DNA of 11,811 nt. Source: an uncultured archaeon. GTDB taxonomy: Archaea; Asgardarchaeota; Thorarchaeia; Thorarchaeales; Thorarchaeaceae. Location: NCBI GenBank assembly GCA_964590575.1, contig CAZPWM010000099.1:1-11811 (forward strand). Reading direction: 5' to 3'. Both the position numbers and the translations under genes were made by a program. Under the pieces are notes generated by a model, which was given only the letters and a program-made list of their open reading frames with translations, did not search any database and was not told the origin of the DNA. Shown piece after piece: positions 1-8,549 of the stretch. The stretch's first letter is position 1. Every line of letters begins with the position of its first letter.

Positions 1-1
1 C

Positions 2-1336
2 CAGGGTATGGGTCTTGTTGGAACTCTCGTGGTAGTACAAATGGTTGTTCAGATTATACTCGACTATCCAACTGGTGCAGTGGGCGACTGGATTGGACAG
101 CGATACATAATCGCAGGGGCACAAATTTCGTATGGTATTGCGTTCCTTCTAATCTCCTTTGTCACAGTTGACACGCCATTTCCCTATCTCATAGCAGTTT
201 ATGCACTGATGGGCTTTGCTCAATCACAGTCGAGCGGAGCTTGGGGTGCGTGGTTCGACAACAATTACAGAGTTGCTATGCCCGGAGATACAGATAGGAA
301 GCAGTACGGCGTCTTCTGGGGTAGGATGGGCATGATGATGCAGATTATAGCGACAGCATCTCTGATTCCAGGAAGTATCCTCGCAGTAGTATTCTCGAGG
401 CCTTGGGTGTTTCAATTACAAGGTGTTCTTGCGTTTGTATTTGCCATGGCTGTCTTTAGATTAGTAAAGGACTTCCCTGAAGTTGAAGAGGCGAGAGCTG
501 CGAATGGTGGCAAACCTGATATGGGTGAATACGTGTCCATCCTCAAAGGTGGAGTCACGTATCTCTTCAGGCACGCTTTCGTTCGATACATTGCTGTTGG
601 ATCCATGCTGGCAGTGAGTAGTATAATGGTCTGGGGCAACCTCATTCTGTTCCCAATGTACTATCTCTACCTAATCACAGATGTTGGAGTTGCAAGTTTC
701 AGAACACTACTCTTCATTCCGGGTATCTTCTCTCAGGAACGTTCAGGAGTATGGTCACGTAGGTTTGAGCCAAAGAGGTGGATCCCACGTTTCCGTCTGA
801 TGCAGACCTGTGGTTTCATCTTCTTCTGGGTGTTTGCAGCTATTATGACCTTCTTCCCGCCAGCAGCATCTAGCGCAAACCTCTTGACTCTTTATTGGCC
901 TCTCAGTACTATTGAGCTACTGACATTACCAGTAGAGAATATCGTTCCAATTGCTCTTATCTTCGCAACCTTTGTATCAACTAGCTTCTTTGGAGGGTTT
1001 GCTGAGATTCTTACTCAGAGAGTATTGATAGATGTTATTCCTAACAGGATCCGGAACTCAATGTACTCCCTGTTCCCGACTCTAGCAACGCTGTTTGCGA
1101 TTCCACAGATAGCTGTGTTTGGTTGGCTGATAACTATCATAGGATTCCCCATGACACTTGCATCCTGCGGTGTCATATCCTTCATGGGGGTCATGCTGAT
1201 CATCTATGGTTTCAGACATGAGGCTCCTAAGCCTGATGGAGAAACCTGGGCTAATGGCGAGGCAGTTCTTCCTCCAGTGGAGGCTGCAACCGGGCTAGTG
1301 GAAGAAATTGCGGATGGCATTCATTTCGAGGACTAA
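2..1336 (+). CDS. Major facilitator superfamily (MFS) transporter, 5'-truncated by the window edge
   Basis: Many hydrophobic TM segments. MFS motif A-like 'PTGAVGDWIGQR' lies only ~20 aa after the ATG at 8, and the frame is open to the window edge (cag ggt atg), so TM1 is probably upstream. The C-terminal half has 'DVIPNRIRNSMYSL', a typical MFS loop. Substrate unknown. Confidence 0.85.
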   Translation, partial: QGMGLVGTLVVVQMVVQIILDYPTGAVGDWIGQRYIIAGAQISYGIAFLLISFVTVDTPFPYLIAVYALMGFAQSQSSGAWGAWFDNNYRVAMPGDTDRKQYGVFWGRMGMMMQIIATASLIPGSILAVVFSRPWVFQLQGVLAFVFAMAVFRLVKDFPEVEEARAANGGKPDMGEYVSILKGGVTYLFRHAFVRYIAVGSMLAVSSIMVWGNLILFPMYYLYLITDVGVASFRTLLFIPGIFSQERSGVWSRRFEPKRWIPRFRLMQTCGFIFFWVFAAIMTFFPPAASSANLLTLYWPLSTIELLTLPVENIVPIALIFATFVSTSFFGGFAEILTQRVLIDVIPNRIRNSMYSLFPTLATLFAIPQIAVFGWLITIIGFPMTLASCGVISFMGVMLIIYGFRHEAPKPDGETWANGEAVLPPVEAATGLVEEIADGIHFED

Positions 1337-1344
1337 TCTTGGGT

Positions 1345-1381
1345 AGAGGCTGTTGATTGTAGCAGCCTCTTCCTTCATTTT
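1345..1381 (+). terminator. Stem-loop plus pyrimidine/T tract after the MFS gene
   Basis: AGAGGCTGTT (1345-1354) pairs with AGCAGCCTCT (1361-1370, one G:U), followed by TCCTTCATTTT, starting 9 nt after the stop codon. Confidence 0.6.
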
Positions 1382-1494
1382 ATCTGCATGCACTAAGTTT
1401 ATACTCCCTCTGGTTGATTGAAATTCGGTGCTTACTATTGACAGATAGACCTCAGTTTTTGACTGTTTCTTACTCAGATTCAGGTCTTCAAACG

Positions 1495-2277
1495 ATGAAT
1501 TATGAGCGAAAAATGGTCCGCGAGAAAGATGTGAAATTTGACGGAGAGGATGGGTCCCTAGAGCTTACCGATGTTCGGCTGGTTTGGTATAAGAAACCAG
1601 AGAAGAAAAGTGGATTCAAGAAATGGGGAGCTCTAGCTGGAGCAGTTGCAGGAGCGGCGCTACTCGAGGGTGTAGGACACCAAATAGGTGGGGTTGGTGG
1701 TCATGTTACACGCTCTTTAGCTCGAGGTATTACTTACGCAGCTGTTGGGACTGCAATTTCTTCTTGGACTGCTGACTCTTACTATAACAAAGATAAAGAT
1801 GGCAATACAGAGAGTATGGCTCTACCACTTATTGCAATCAGCCAAGCAACTCAGAGTGGTGACACTCTGATTGTTGAACTGAAATCAGGCGGCGATATGA
1901 GATTCAACTTTAAACAGAAGAAAGTGATACCCTCAATTGTAGCCAATGTTTCCTCTGCACAGGGTCAAGGAAAGTGTCCATATTGTGGGACTAATGCTGG
2001 CAATGTGGCTAGCTGTCCCAAATGTGGTGGTGTCATTGAAGGCGGTGGAGGTGGAGCTCACGACCACGAAGGTGGTGGGGGTAGAGCCCCTTCAGGAGGC
2101 GCGGGATCAATGACTATTCACTATGAAGACCGAGATGGTGATGGTGAGCCCGACTCTGTAACAGTCACAGGTGCTGGAATGCCTGGTGGTGGTGGCCAAG
2201 CTGGTTTTTGTAGAAACTGTGGTCAACCTTATCCACAGGGTGCAAGGTTCTGCAATGGCTGTGGTCAACAGGTCTGA
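1495..2277 (+). CDS. Hypothetical protein: PH/GRAM-like domain with glycine-zipper insertion, two C4 zinc ribbons and a Gly-rich linker
   Basis: The ORF track starts at TTG 1414, but ATG 1495 (or 1513) looks more plausible. 'DGSLELTDVRLVWY' ... 'LPLIAISQA..GDTLIVELKSGGDMRFNF' plus a helix resembles a PH-fold pattern. Zn ribbons are CPYC-x9-CPKC and CRNC-x10-CNGC. Confidence 0.75.
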   Translation: MNYERKMVREKDVKFDGEDGSLELTDVRLVWYKKPEKKSGFKKWGALAGAVAGAALLEGVGHQIGGVGGHVTRSLARGITYAAVGTAISSWTADSYYNKDKDGNTESMALPLIAISQATQSGDTLIVELKSGGDMRFNFKQKKVIPSIVANVSSAQGQGKCPYCGTNAGNVASCPKCGGVIEGGGGGAHDHEGGGGRAPSGGAGSMTIHYEDRDGDGEPDSVTVTGAGMPGGGGQAGFCRNCGQPYPQGARFCNGCGQQV

Positions 2278-2293
2278 TCCCCCGTAGTATTGT

Positions 2294-2330
2294 AGGGCTC
2301 CCTTTAGTGAGCCCTTGCTTTCTCTTTTTC
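2294..2330 (+). terminator. Stem-loop plus T-rich tract between convergent genes
   Basis: AGGGCTC (2294-2300) and GAGCCCT (2309-2315) form a perfect 7-bp stem, followed by TGCTTTCTCTTTTTC. Confidence 0.6.
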
Positions 2331-2334
2331 TTAA

Positions 2335-3090
2335 TTATCGGAACATGTCTTCATTTCTCGGTCTGATGATATCTGAACCAGTTTCATCTCCATCATCATA
2401 CTGATAATCCCTGATGATGACAACTGGGATTTTTTCACCCGCTTGGCCCATAAGCGGTTCTGCGAGGGACGCAAGTTCATCAATCTGACATACAGTTGAA
2501 CGTTTCAATATTCTTCCGTGAAGATCACTCTTCCCTTTGTTATGCTTGAACGCGTTTATGCCTGCGCATCCTATGGCAATATTGATTGACCCCTTTCTCC
2601 AAGGTCTTCCCTGTGTATCTGAAATTACAATCGATAGTTTAAGACCTGTTTCTCTCACAAGATCCTCTCGAATTCTCTCTGCAGATTGATCAGGAAAAAC
2701 TGGTAGCAGAACATACTCTTGTTCAGGAGCATTGGATTTGTCCACGCCACTAAAGTTGCATATTAAACCAGAATGCGTTTCTGTGATTAGCACGCCATCA
2801 CTTCTAATGACCTCAGCAGATTCACGGAGCGCCAGTTCAACATGAATCGGGTCAAACCCATTCCTCTCAGCAATCTCCATAGCTCTATTTGATACACTGA
2901 CATCTGACGCTTTTACTAATCTGCCTTCTGATTTAGAAACAATTTTTGAAGCGATTACAAGGATATCTCCATTTGCCAAGCTGGAACCAGTTACGTTGAT
3001 TGCTTTGAGTATCATCTCAACTAGACTATCTCCTGGTTTAACAATTGGAATTGAAGACAGTGCAATAGCACTGACAGTCTTGGGTGCCAT
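2335..3090 (-). CDS. cofE: Coenzyme F420-0:L-glutamate ligase
   Basis: Characteristic CofE motifs: 'IPIVKPGDSL', 'GDILVIASKIVSKSEGR', 'SGVDKSN', 'ISDTQGRPWRKG', 'DELAS.A...MGQAGE..PVVIIR', and C-terminal 'DMFR'. Start is ATG 3090, or alternatively 3117. Confidence 0.95.
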   Translation of the reverse strand: MAPKTVSAIALSSIPIVKPGDSLVEMILKAINVTGSSLANGDILVIASKIVSKSEGRLVKASDVSVSNRAMEIAERNGFDPIHVELALRESAEVIRSDGVLITETHSGLICNFSGVDKSNAPEQEYVLLPVFPDQSAERIREDLVRETGLKLSIVISDTQGRPWRKGSINIAIGCAGINAFKHNKGKSDLHGRILKRSTVCQIDELASLAEPLMGQAGEKIPVVIIRDYQYDDGDETGSDIIRPRNEDMFR

Positions 3091-3390
3091 TGTTTCTCTC
3101 CTGTTCTCGATGTTCATCCTGCCAAAAAGTTTGTTTATCCATAAATCCGAAATCTATAAACTTCGAACACGTGTTCTAAATATGTATATTAGTCCAAGAT
3201 TTTCCTTCATATGACTTCAAAAATGCTTTAGACTGTACAAAATCTCAGAAAGAGGGATTTTGAAGGTATTAATGACAGAAATGATTAATATACCATATGA
3301 GAAATCCGCCTATCCAACAGAGAATGCCGTTTCGTGGGGAAAATCTGCCTTAGCGAAAAGACACGGGATTGCGAATGAATTCCACAATTT

Positions 3391-3397
3391 GGAGTGA
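3391..3397 (+). promoter_or_regulatory. Shine-Dalgarno-like site (GGAGTGA) of top6B
   Basis: GGAGTGA lies 6 nt before the TTG start at 3404 and resembles the archaeal GGAGGTGA consensus. Confidence 0.65.
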
Positions 3398-3403
3398 AAT
3401 ACA

Positions 3404-5377
3404 TTGTCCGAGAAATCATCATCCAGGACTGATGCAGGAGATATCAAACAAGGCACAATCGCGAAGTTCATGAGAAAGCGGACGCAGCTTGTGGGTTTCG
3501 AAACTGGTTTGAATAAACATACACAATATGCAATCGAGTTCTTGGACAATGCAATCGATGCCCTTGAGAGTTGGTGGTGGAAGACTAAGAAACGTCCCCG
3601 CCTCCAAGATCAACTAGACCCCGCTGTTATTCAGGAGATACGCGCAAAACTTGAGGAGGGTCAAATAGACACTATCGCCCTAAGCAAACAGCTCGAGCGA
3701 GACGTGAAGGCAGGTAAGGAAATTGAAACACCGTCAAGACGCAAGGAAACAATCGACGAGCGTATCACCGAGTTCCGGAAATTCGTTATGCCTTTGCGTT
3801 CATTGTTGTCAAAGAGAGAGCCTCTTGTGGTTATGGAGTTAAAGGAAATCCAGATGCCTGATCTTGTCCCCATTGATGATGAAGAAGGATTCAAGGTATA
3901 CGAGTTTACTTGCTTTGATACAGGGGTGGGCATGGTTCCGAATGACCTTGAGAAATTTGGTATTTACCTTGCATCTAGCAAGTCTGAGAAATTGAGACAG
4001 ACAAGAGGGAGTCAAGGATTTGGTGCTCCCTCAGCATTCAGTGATGCCCAAAATACCACAGGAAAGCCCATTTTCACTATTTCCAAACGGTTTACTTCCG
4101 ATATGGCCACAGTTACAAACTTCTACACGACTACTGCAAATACGAAGGAACACGTTGGTGGACCTGTGAATATGGACCTCCCCTTCAATCATGGATCATT
4201 CATCAAATTATACTATTTAAACATCCAATACAGGCGTGGTTATGCTGATATCTACGCTGAGATGGCATCCCTACTAAATTCTCATGTGACTATCATATTC
4301 ATTGATCCATATGGTCAAGTTCACATCCATCCAAGAAGGGTAAGCGTATTCCCTGAAGAGCCAAAGTATGCTCAACCACATCCTGCAAGCATAAGAATCG
4401 GCGAGTTTCAGGACTTGTTGCGAGAAACTCGAGAATCTGATCTAAGAGGATTTTTGACCAAGGCTTTTTGCCGACTTAGCACCAATAAGGCAAAGATAAT
4501 CGTATCAAATGCTAGTAAAGACCTCCGGAGAAGACATCTGGATGATCTCAAAATGACAACACCCACCGACTCCTTATCAAAGACGGAGGTCGAGCTACTC
4601 TATAGATCTTTTTCAAATGAAGACTATATAGCCCCTCCCACAGACACAGTCGTTCCAGTTGGTGAAGAGGTCTTTGAGCAGACCATACAACAAGCTTACA
4701 AACCAGATTTTGTTGCTGCTGTTACGCGAAAACCCACTTCGGGTAAGGGCCTTTCTTTTGCTATTGAAGTTTGCATTGCGTATGGTGGTGAAATAAAACC
4801 TGCTTCCTCAGCACCGATGGTTTTGTGGAGATTTGTGAATCGAGTACCAAAATTGCGAGATAATAGCGACTGTGCTACATGGAAAGCTACAGCATCAGTT
4901 AACTGGAAAAACTACAAGCTGCAGACTTTTGATAATGGAATTCCTCGCGGTCCTGTGATGGTGTTCATTCATGTTGCAGGAGCATATGTTCATGTCATGT
5001 TTAAAGGGCAGAGCAAGCAGGCTCTTGCAGAAGATGAAGTTCTTCTTCGGGAGATCAAACTAGCTCTAGAAGATGCAGGACGTAAGTTCAGACGATTCAT
5101 TACACGCCGCGAAACTGCGCGACGAAAAGCAAAACGAGCTGGAATCCTTGCAATGTATGCAGACCAGTTTGCACAAAGTCTATCCAACATCGCAAATGAT
5201 GGAAGAAAGAAACCGCTTTTTGATGCTGAAACAATCGCAAGTAAATTGAGGGATTCAATTACGGGATTCGAAACTGTAGAGGATCAAGAGGAAACTGAAA
5301 CAGATACCTTTGATTCTGATCTCGTTGCTGATATACCACTAGATGGTGACGATGTTGAGGAAGGTGAGCTTGAATGA
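3404..5377 (+). CDS. top6B: DNA topoisomerase VI subunit B (with ATPase-domain insertion and acidic tail)
   Basis: GHKL motifs: N-box 'EFLDNAIDA', G1 'DTGVGM', G2 'TRGSQGFG'. Also 'PHP', an H2TH-like 'GFLTKAFCRLSTNKAKII', and transducer 'RFVNRVP', 'WKNY' (WKxY) and 'SKQAL' (switch Lys), then a basic stalk helix. The stop overlaps the top6A start (ATGA 5374-5377). Confidence 0.95.
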   Translation: MSEKSSSRTDAGDIKQGTIAKFMRKRTQLVGFETGLNKHTQYAIEFLDNAIDALESWWWKTKKRPRLQDQLDPAVIQEIRAKLEEGQIDTIALSKQLERDVKAGKEIETPSRRKETIDERITEFRKFVMPLRSLLSKREPLVVMELKEIQMPDLVPIDDEEGFKVYEFTCFDTGVGMVPNDLEKFGIYLASSKSEKLRQTRGSQGFGAPSAFSDAQNTTGKPIFTISKRFTSDMATVTNFYTTTANTKEHVGGPVNMDLPFNHGSFIKLYYLNIQYRRGYADIYAEMASLLNSHVTIIFIDPYGQVHIHPRRVSVFPEEPKYAQPHPASIRIGEFQDLLRETRESDLRGFLTKAFCRLSTNKAKIIVSNASKDLRRRHLDDLKMTTPTDSLSKTEVELLYRSFSNEDYIAPPTDTVVPVGEEVFEQTIQQAYKPDFVAAVTRKPTSGKGLSFAIEVCIAYGGEIKPASSAPMVLWRFVNRVPKLRDNSDCATWKATASVNWKNYKLQTFDNGIPRGPVMVFIHVAGAYVHVMFKGQSKQALAEDEVLLREIKLALEDAGRKFRRFITRRETARRKAKRAGILAMYADQFAQSLSNIANDGRKKPLFDAETIASKLRDSITGFETVEDQEETETDTFDSDLVADIPLDGDDVEEGELE

Positions 5378-7533
5378 GCCGCAAGAAAACAAAGAAAACA
5401 AAGGAAACTGTTCAAGCAACTCTGGGCGAGGTCATTGAAGACCCACAACCAAAGAAGGATACAAAATCAAAATTAGGAAAGACTCCTGTCAAAAAACCGA
5501 CTAGGAAATCTACTAAGACGAAAAAACCTGAAAGTAAATCTTCGAAACCCCCTGCAAAGAAAAAGGAACCCTCAAAGAAGAAGGTTACTGCAAAGAAGAA
5601 AAAATCATCCACTAAGAAGAAAGTTTCACGTGTTCTACCAGAGAGCGCTTTTAGTTTAAAGGAACTTCCAGGAATTGGGGCGAAACTTGAAGAAAAGCTT
5701 GTGAATGCAAAATATGAAACAGTGGAGAAGATTTCTCGCGCAAGACCTCCATCACTTGCTAAGAAAGTTGAGGGCTTAAGTCTAGCTGGTGCAAAGAATC
5801 TCATAGAAGCCGCCAAAGATTTAGTTACGAAGAGCAAAACAGCTGGAGTGCCATCAGAAACTCCGCTTGAGACCACAGATGAAGAAGCTGGTCCTCCAAA
5901 ACTTCTATTGACCGCTATTCCAGGCTTAGGGTCTAAGCTCGCTAGTTCCATGAGCCGTGCTGGTTATGATTCGGTTGCTCGAATAGCACGAGCGTCACCG
6001 GGAAATATCGCAAAGAAAGTGGATGGTCTAAGTACTGCAAAAGCTGAGTCGATTGTGAAAGCAGCAAAGGAGTTGATTCATGATCAAGAAATGACCCAGT
6101 TGACAGGTGAATCTAGTATTGAGGTCTCTACTAAAACCACAATTGGTGCTGAAACCCCATCAGAGAAGGAAGAACCAAAGAAAGAGAAGGAAAAGCTGGA
6201 CAGGGCTACTAGAAAGAAAGAATCCAAGAAGGCGGCTCCAAAGAAAAAGGCTCCTGCAAAGAAGAAAATAATTACTAAGACACCCAAACCTCCCCCCAAG
6301 AGAACGAAACCTAAACCAATCCGTAAGGAATCCGGTTTGCCTGTACCTAAAGCTGTGGAATCCTTAGCTGCTGAGTTGAAAGAAAATTGGATTACAGCAG
6401 ATAAGAAAGCAGAAGCTCTAAAGAAGAGTGGAGAAATCGATGAATCTCTGCTCGAAACTGTTGAAGTTGTGAATCTAACTGTTGATGATACAACAGAAAG
6501 GATCGTAGATACAGCACTTGATATTCTTAATGAAACTATGGTGAGTGGGAGACCGGCTTTTGAAATTCCAAGCAGATCCGGAGACAATATTGTTTGGGAT
6601 GAAATTCGCGATTTATTACTTCTAGGTATGCGAACTATCTCACGTCCGTACCACTCACTTGCATCAGTTGTAGACGCCACACGAACTGCACGAGTTATGG
6701 AGATCGTATTCAACCTACTGAAATCTAACTTGCATGCAACCAAACGTGAAGTCTACTATAGCGATGTTAATTTATTCAGAGAACAGAAGTATAGTGACAA
6801 GATTATCGAGGATGTCGCATCTATGATTCAGACCACTCGTGACAGCATTCATGTTGTTGCGTCTGCTCGTGGTTCTGCAATGGGTCGTGTTACGATACGA
6901 GATGGAGGCGATTTAATTGACCTCACTAAGATGGGTACTGGTGGCTGGGCTGTAACACCATTCCTGGATCAACTTGAAATTGTAGAGAGTGATGCTGAAT
7001 TCATCATACTGTCCGAAAAAGACGCAGCAGTTATGCGGCTTGCAGAAGCTAAGTATTGGAATCGTCAGCCTTGCATTGTAATTACTGGAAAAGGTTCAGG
7101 AGACATAGCAACAAGAGCCTTCCTCAAAATGCTTGTCAAGGAACTTGAAATTCCCGCTTTCGCATTAGTCGACTCTGATCCTTATGGGCATTACATCTAT
7201 TCGGTATTCCTGAGAGGTAGCAAGCGACTGAGCTATGAATCACCGTTCATAGCAACACCCGAACTGAAACTATTGGGGGTGTTGAGTCGTGATTTGGATG
7301 AATATAACATACCAAAATCAGTTCGTATTCCTATGCAACCTAGTGACATCAAACGGGTCAAAGATATGCTGAAAGAACCATTTGTTCAGCGGAACAAACC
7401 ATGGGTGGAAGACTTAGAGTTGATGCTCAAGCTTAAGGAGAAAGCCGAGATTCAAGCTTTTGCAAGCCATAGCTTTGAGTATCTCACAGATGAGTACATT
7501 CCACGAAAACTCGAAACCGGTGATTGGATCTAG
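5374..7533 (+). CDS. top6A: DNA topoisomerase VI subunit A (Spo11 family) with long Lys-rich/tandem HhH N-terminal extension
   Basis: The C-terminal ~350 aa carry winged-helix 'TKREVYY' (catalytic Tyr, ~6754-6759), Toprim 'EKDA', 'ITGKG..D.ATR', 'DSDPYG' and 'KAEIQA'. Translationally coupled to top6B. Confidence 0.95.
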   Translation: MSRKKTKKTKETVQATLGEVIEDPQPKKDTKSKLGKTPVKKPTRKSTKTKKPESKSSKPPAKKKEPSKKKVTAKKKKSSTKKKVSRVLPESAFSLKELPGIGAKLEEKLVNAKYETVEKISRARPPSLAKKVEGLSLAGAKNLIEAAKDLVTKSKTAGVPSETPLETTDEEAGPPKLLLTAIPGLGSKLASSMSRAGYDSVARIARASPGNIAKKVDGLSTAKAESIVKAAKELIHDQEMTQLTGESSIEVSTKTTIGAETPSEKEEPKKEKEKLDRATRKKESKKAAPKKKAPAKKKIITKTPKPPPKRTKPKPIRKESGLPVPKAVESLAAELKENWITADKKAEALKKSGEIDESLLETVEVVNLTVDDTTERIVDTALDILNETMVSGRPAFEIPSRSGDNIVWDEIRDLLLLGMRTISRPYHSLASVVDATRTARVMEIVFNLLKSNLHATKREVYYSDVNLFREQKYSDKIIEDVASMIQTTRDSIHVVASARGSAMGRVTIRDGGDLIDLTKMGTGGWAVTPFLDQLEIVESDAEFIILSEKDAAVMRLAEAKYWNRQPCIVITGKGSGDIATRAFLKMLVKELEIPAFALVDSDPYGHYIYSVFLRGSKRLSYESPFIATPELKLLGVLSRDLDEYNIPKSVRIPMQPSDIKRVKDMLKEPFVQRNKPWVEDLELMLKLKEKAEIQAFASHSFEYLTDEYIPRKLETGDWI
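5650..6078 (+). repeat. Two 59-aa tandem (HhH)2 modules within Top6A (5650-5826 and 5902-6078)
   Basis: FSLKELPGIGAKLEEKLVNAKYETVEKISRARPPSLAKKVEGLSLAGAKNLIEAAKDLV aligns without gaps to LLLTAIPGLGSKLASSMSRAGYDSVARIARASPGNIAKKVDGLSTAKAESIVKAAKELI. HhH hairpins are PGIG/PGLG and VEGLS/VDGLS. Confidence 0.85.
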
Positions 7534-7623
7534 TTTCCAGAACATTATATGCCATAAGTGAGTTCTTATTACTGAAAAAGAGCGTGGAATAATAACTATA
7601 GAGAATTTTAGGAGATATCTTCC

Positions 7624-8544
7624 ATGGTCATATCGAAAGTTGGAACTGAAGTAATTGATAGCCATGCACACTTTTTCACATATGACACTATCAAGCGATG
7701 GCTAGATAGCGGAGCTTCATTGGAACGAATGCAAAGTAGAGTTACCTTTCAGACTGATATGCCAGAATTAACAATCCCGGATGAGAGTTGGGATCCTGGC
7801 CAGATGTGGGCTGATGAGCTAGACAAGTATGGAATCACTGCAATCGGTATGATGATTGGCGAAGAAGTCTGGGATGAATTCAATAAAACAAGGAAACGTT
7901 TTCCAGGTAGGTTCCTGGGATATGCAAATATCAATCCAGCTGAAGAAGACGCAGTTGAAATGGTCAAGAAAGCTGGAAAAGACGGGTTTCAAGGGATCAA
8001 ACTCTATCCAAGCTCTTGGAATTTTCATGCTTATGACGAACGCGTTTATCCCATCTACGAAGAGGTTCAGAAACAGAAATTACTCATAATCCTGCACTTT
8101 GGTATCACTATCGGAACTCAAGCGAATCTTCGATATGGAAACCCTCTTGATATCCAAAAGCCCGCTCTTGATTTTCCAGACTTGAACTTCATGATTGCCC
8201 ATTTTGGAGCAGGCTTCTTCCGTGAAGTACTGATGCTTATGTATCAAACACACAATGTAGTCATGGATACAAGTGGGAGTAACAGCTGGATGAACTACCA
8301 AGATGTAGACCTAACAATAACCAAGATCTTCGAACGCGCTCTGAAAGCAGGAGCTTCATGCAGAGTAGTTTTTGGTACTGATTCCTCATTTTTCCCACGT
8401 GGATTTAGATATAACATTCTCGAAGAACAATACTATGCAGTGAAGTCGTTATTGCCCCAGTTCAACTATACTCAAGAAGACATTGATTTAATCTTTAAAG
8501 ACAATATCTTAAGACTCACAGGCTTTGAACCAAGGAAAATGTAG
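7624..8544 (+). CDS. Amidohydrolase_2 family metal-dependent hydrolase (TIM barrel)
   Basis: 'IDSHAH' (HxH), 'GIKLYP', 'ILHFG', 'IAHFG', 'DTS' and 'VVFGTDS'. An AGGAG SD-like site lies at ~7610. Confidence 0.9.
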   Translation: MVISKVGTEVIDSHAHFFTYDTIKRWLDSGASLERMQSRVTFQTDMPELTIPDESWDPGQMWADELDKYGITAIGMMIGEEVWDEFNKTRKRFPGRFLGYANINPAEEDAVEMVKKAGKDGFQGIKLYPSSWNFHAYDERVYPIYEEVQKQKLLIILHFGITIGTQANLRYGNPLDIQKPALDFPDLNFMIAHFGAGFFREVLMLMYQTHNVVMDTSGSNSWMNYQDVDLTITKIFERALKAGASCRVVFGTDSSFFPRGFRYNILEEQYYAVKSLLPQFNYTQEDIDLIFKDNILRLTGFEPRKM

Positions 8545-8549
8545 TACTG

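Noticed and set aside
1414-1494. N-terminal extension from TTG 1414
   Set aside because: It overlaps probable promoter or UTR sequence just after the terminator and has no SD, and the domain-like sequence begins after ATG 1495.
3215-3390. Possible riboswitch or structured RNA in the cofE-top6B divergent spacer
   Set aside because: Only fragmentary resemblance to SAM-I or ydaO-type motifs, and no convincing set of paired stems could be built by eye. An Rfam cmscan would be decisive.
3572-3820. Possibility that the Top6B insertion is an intein
   Set aside because: It is too short, has no C-terminal His-Asn followed by Cys/Ser/Thr, and looks helical rather than beta-rich like a Hint domain.
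5412-6743. Long antisense ORFs 5412-5951 (179 aa) and 6084-6743 (219 aa)
   Set aside because: They are Phe/Ser-rich mirror translations of the Lys/Glu-rich top6A codons, with no recognisable motifs.
5374-7533. Calling the gene a meiotic-type Spo11
   Set aside because: It is coupled to a Top6B with intact GHKL ATP-binding motifs, which fits a conventional ATP-dependent Topo VI.
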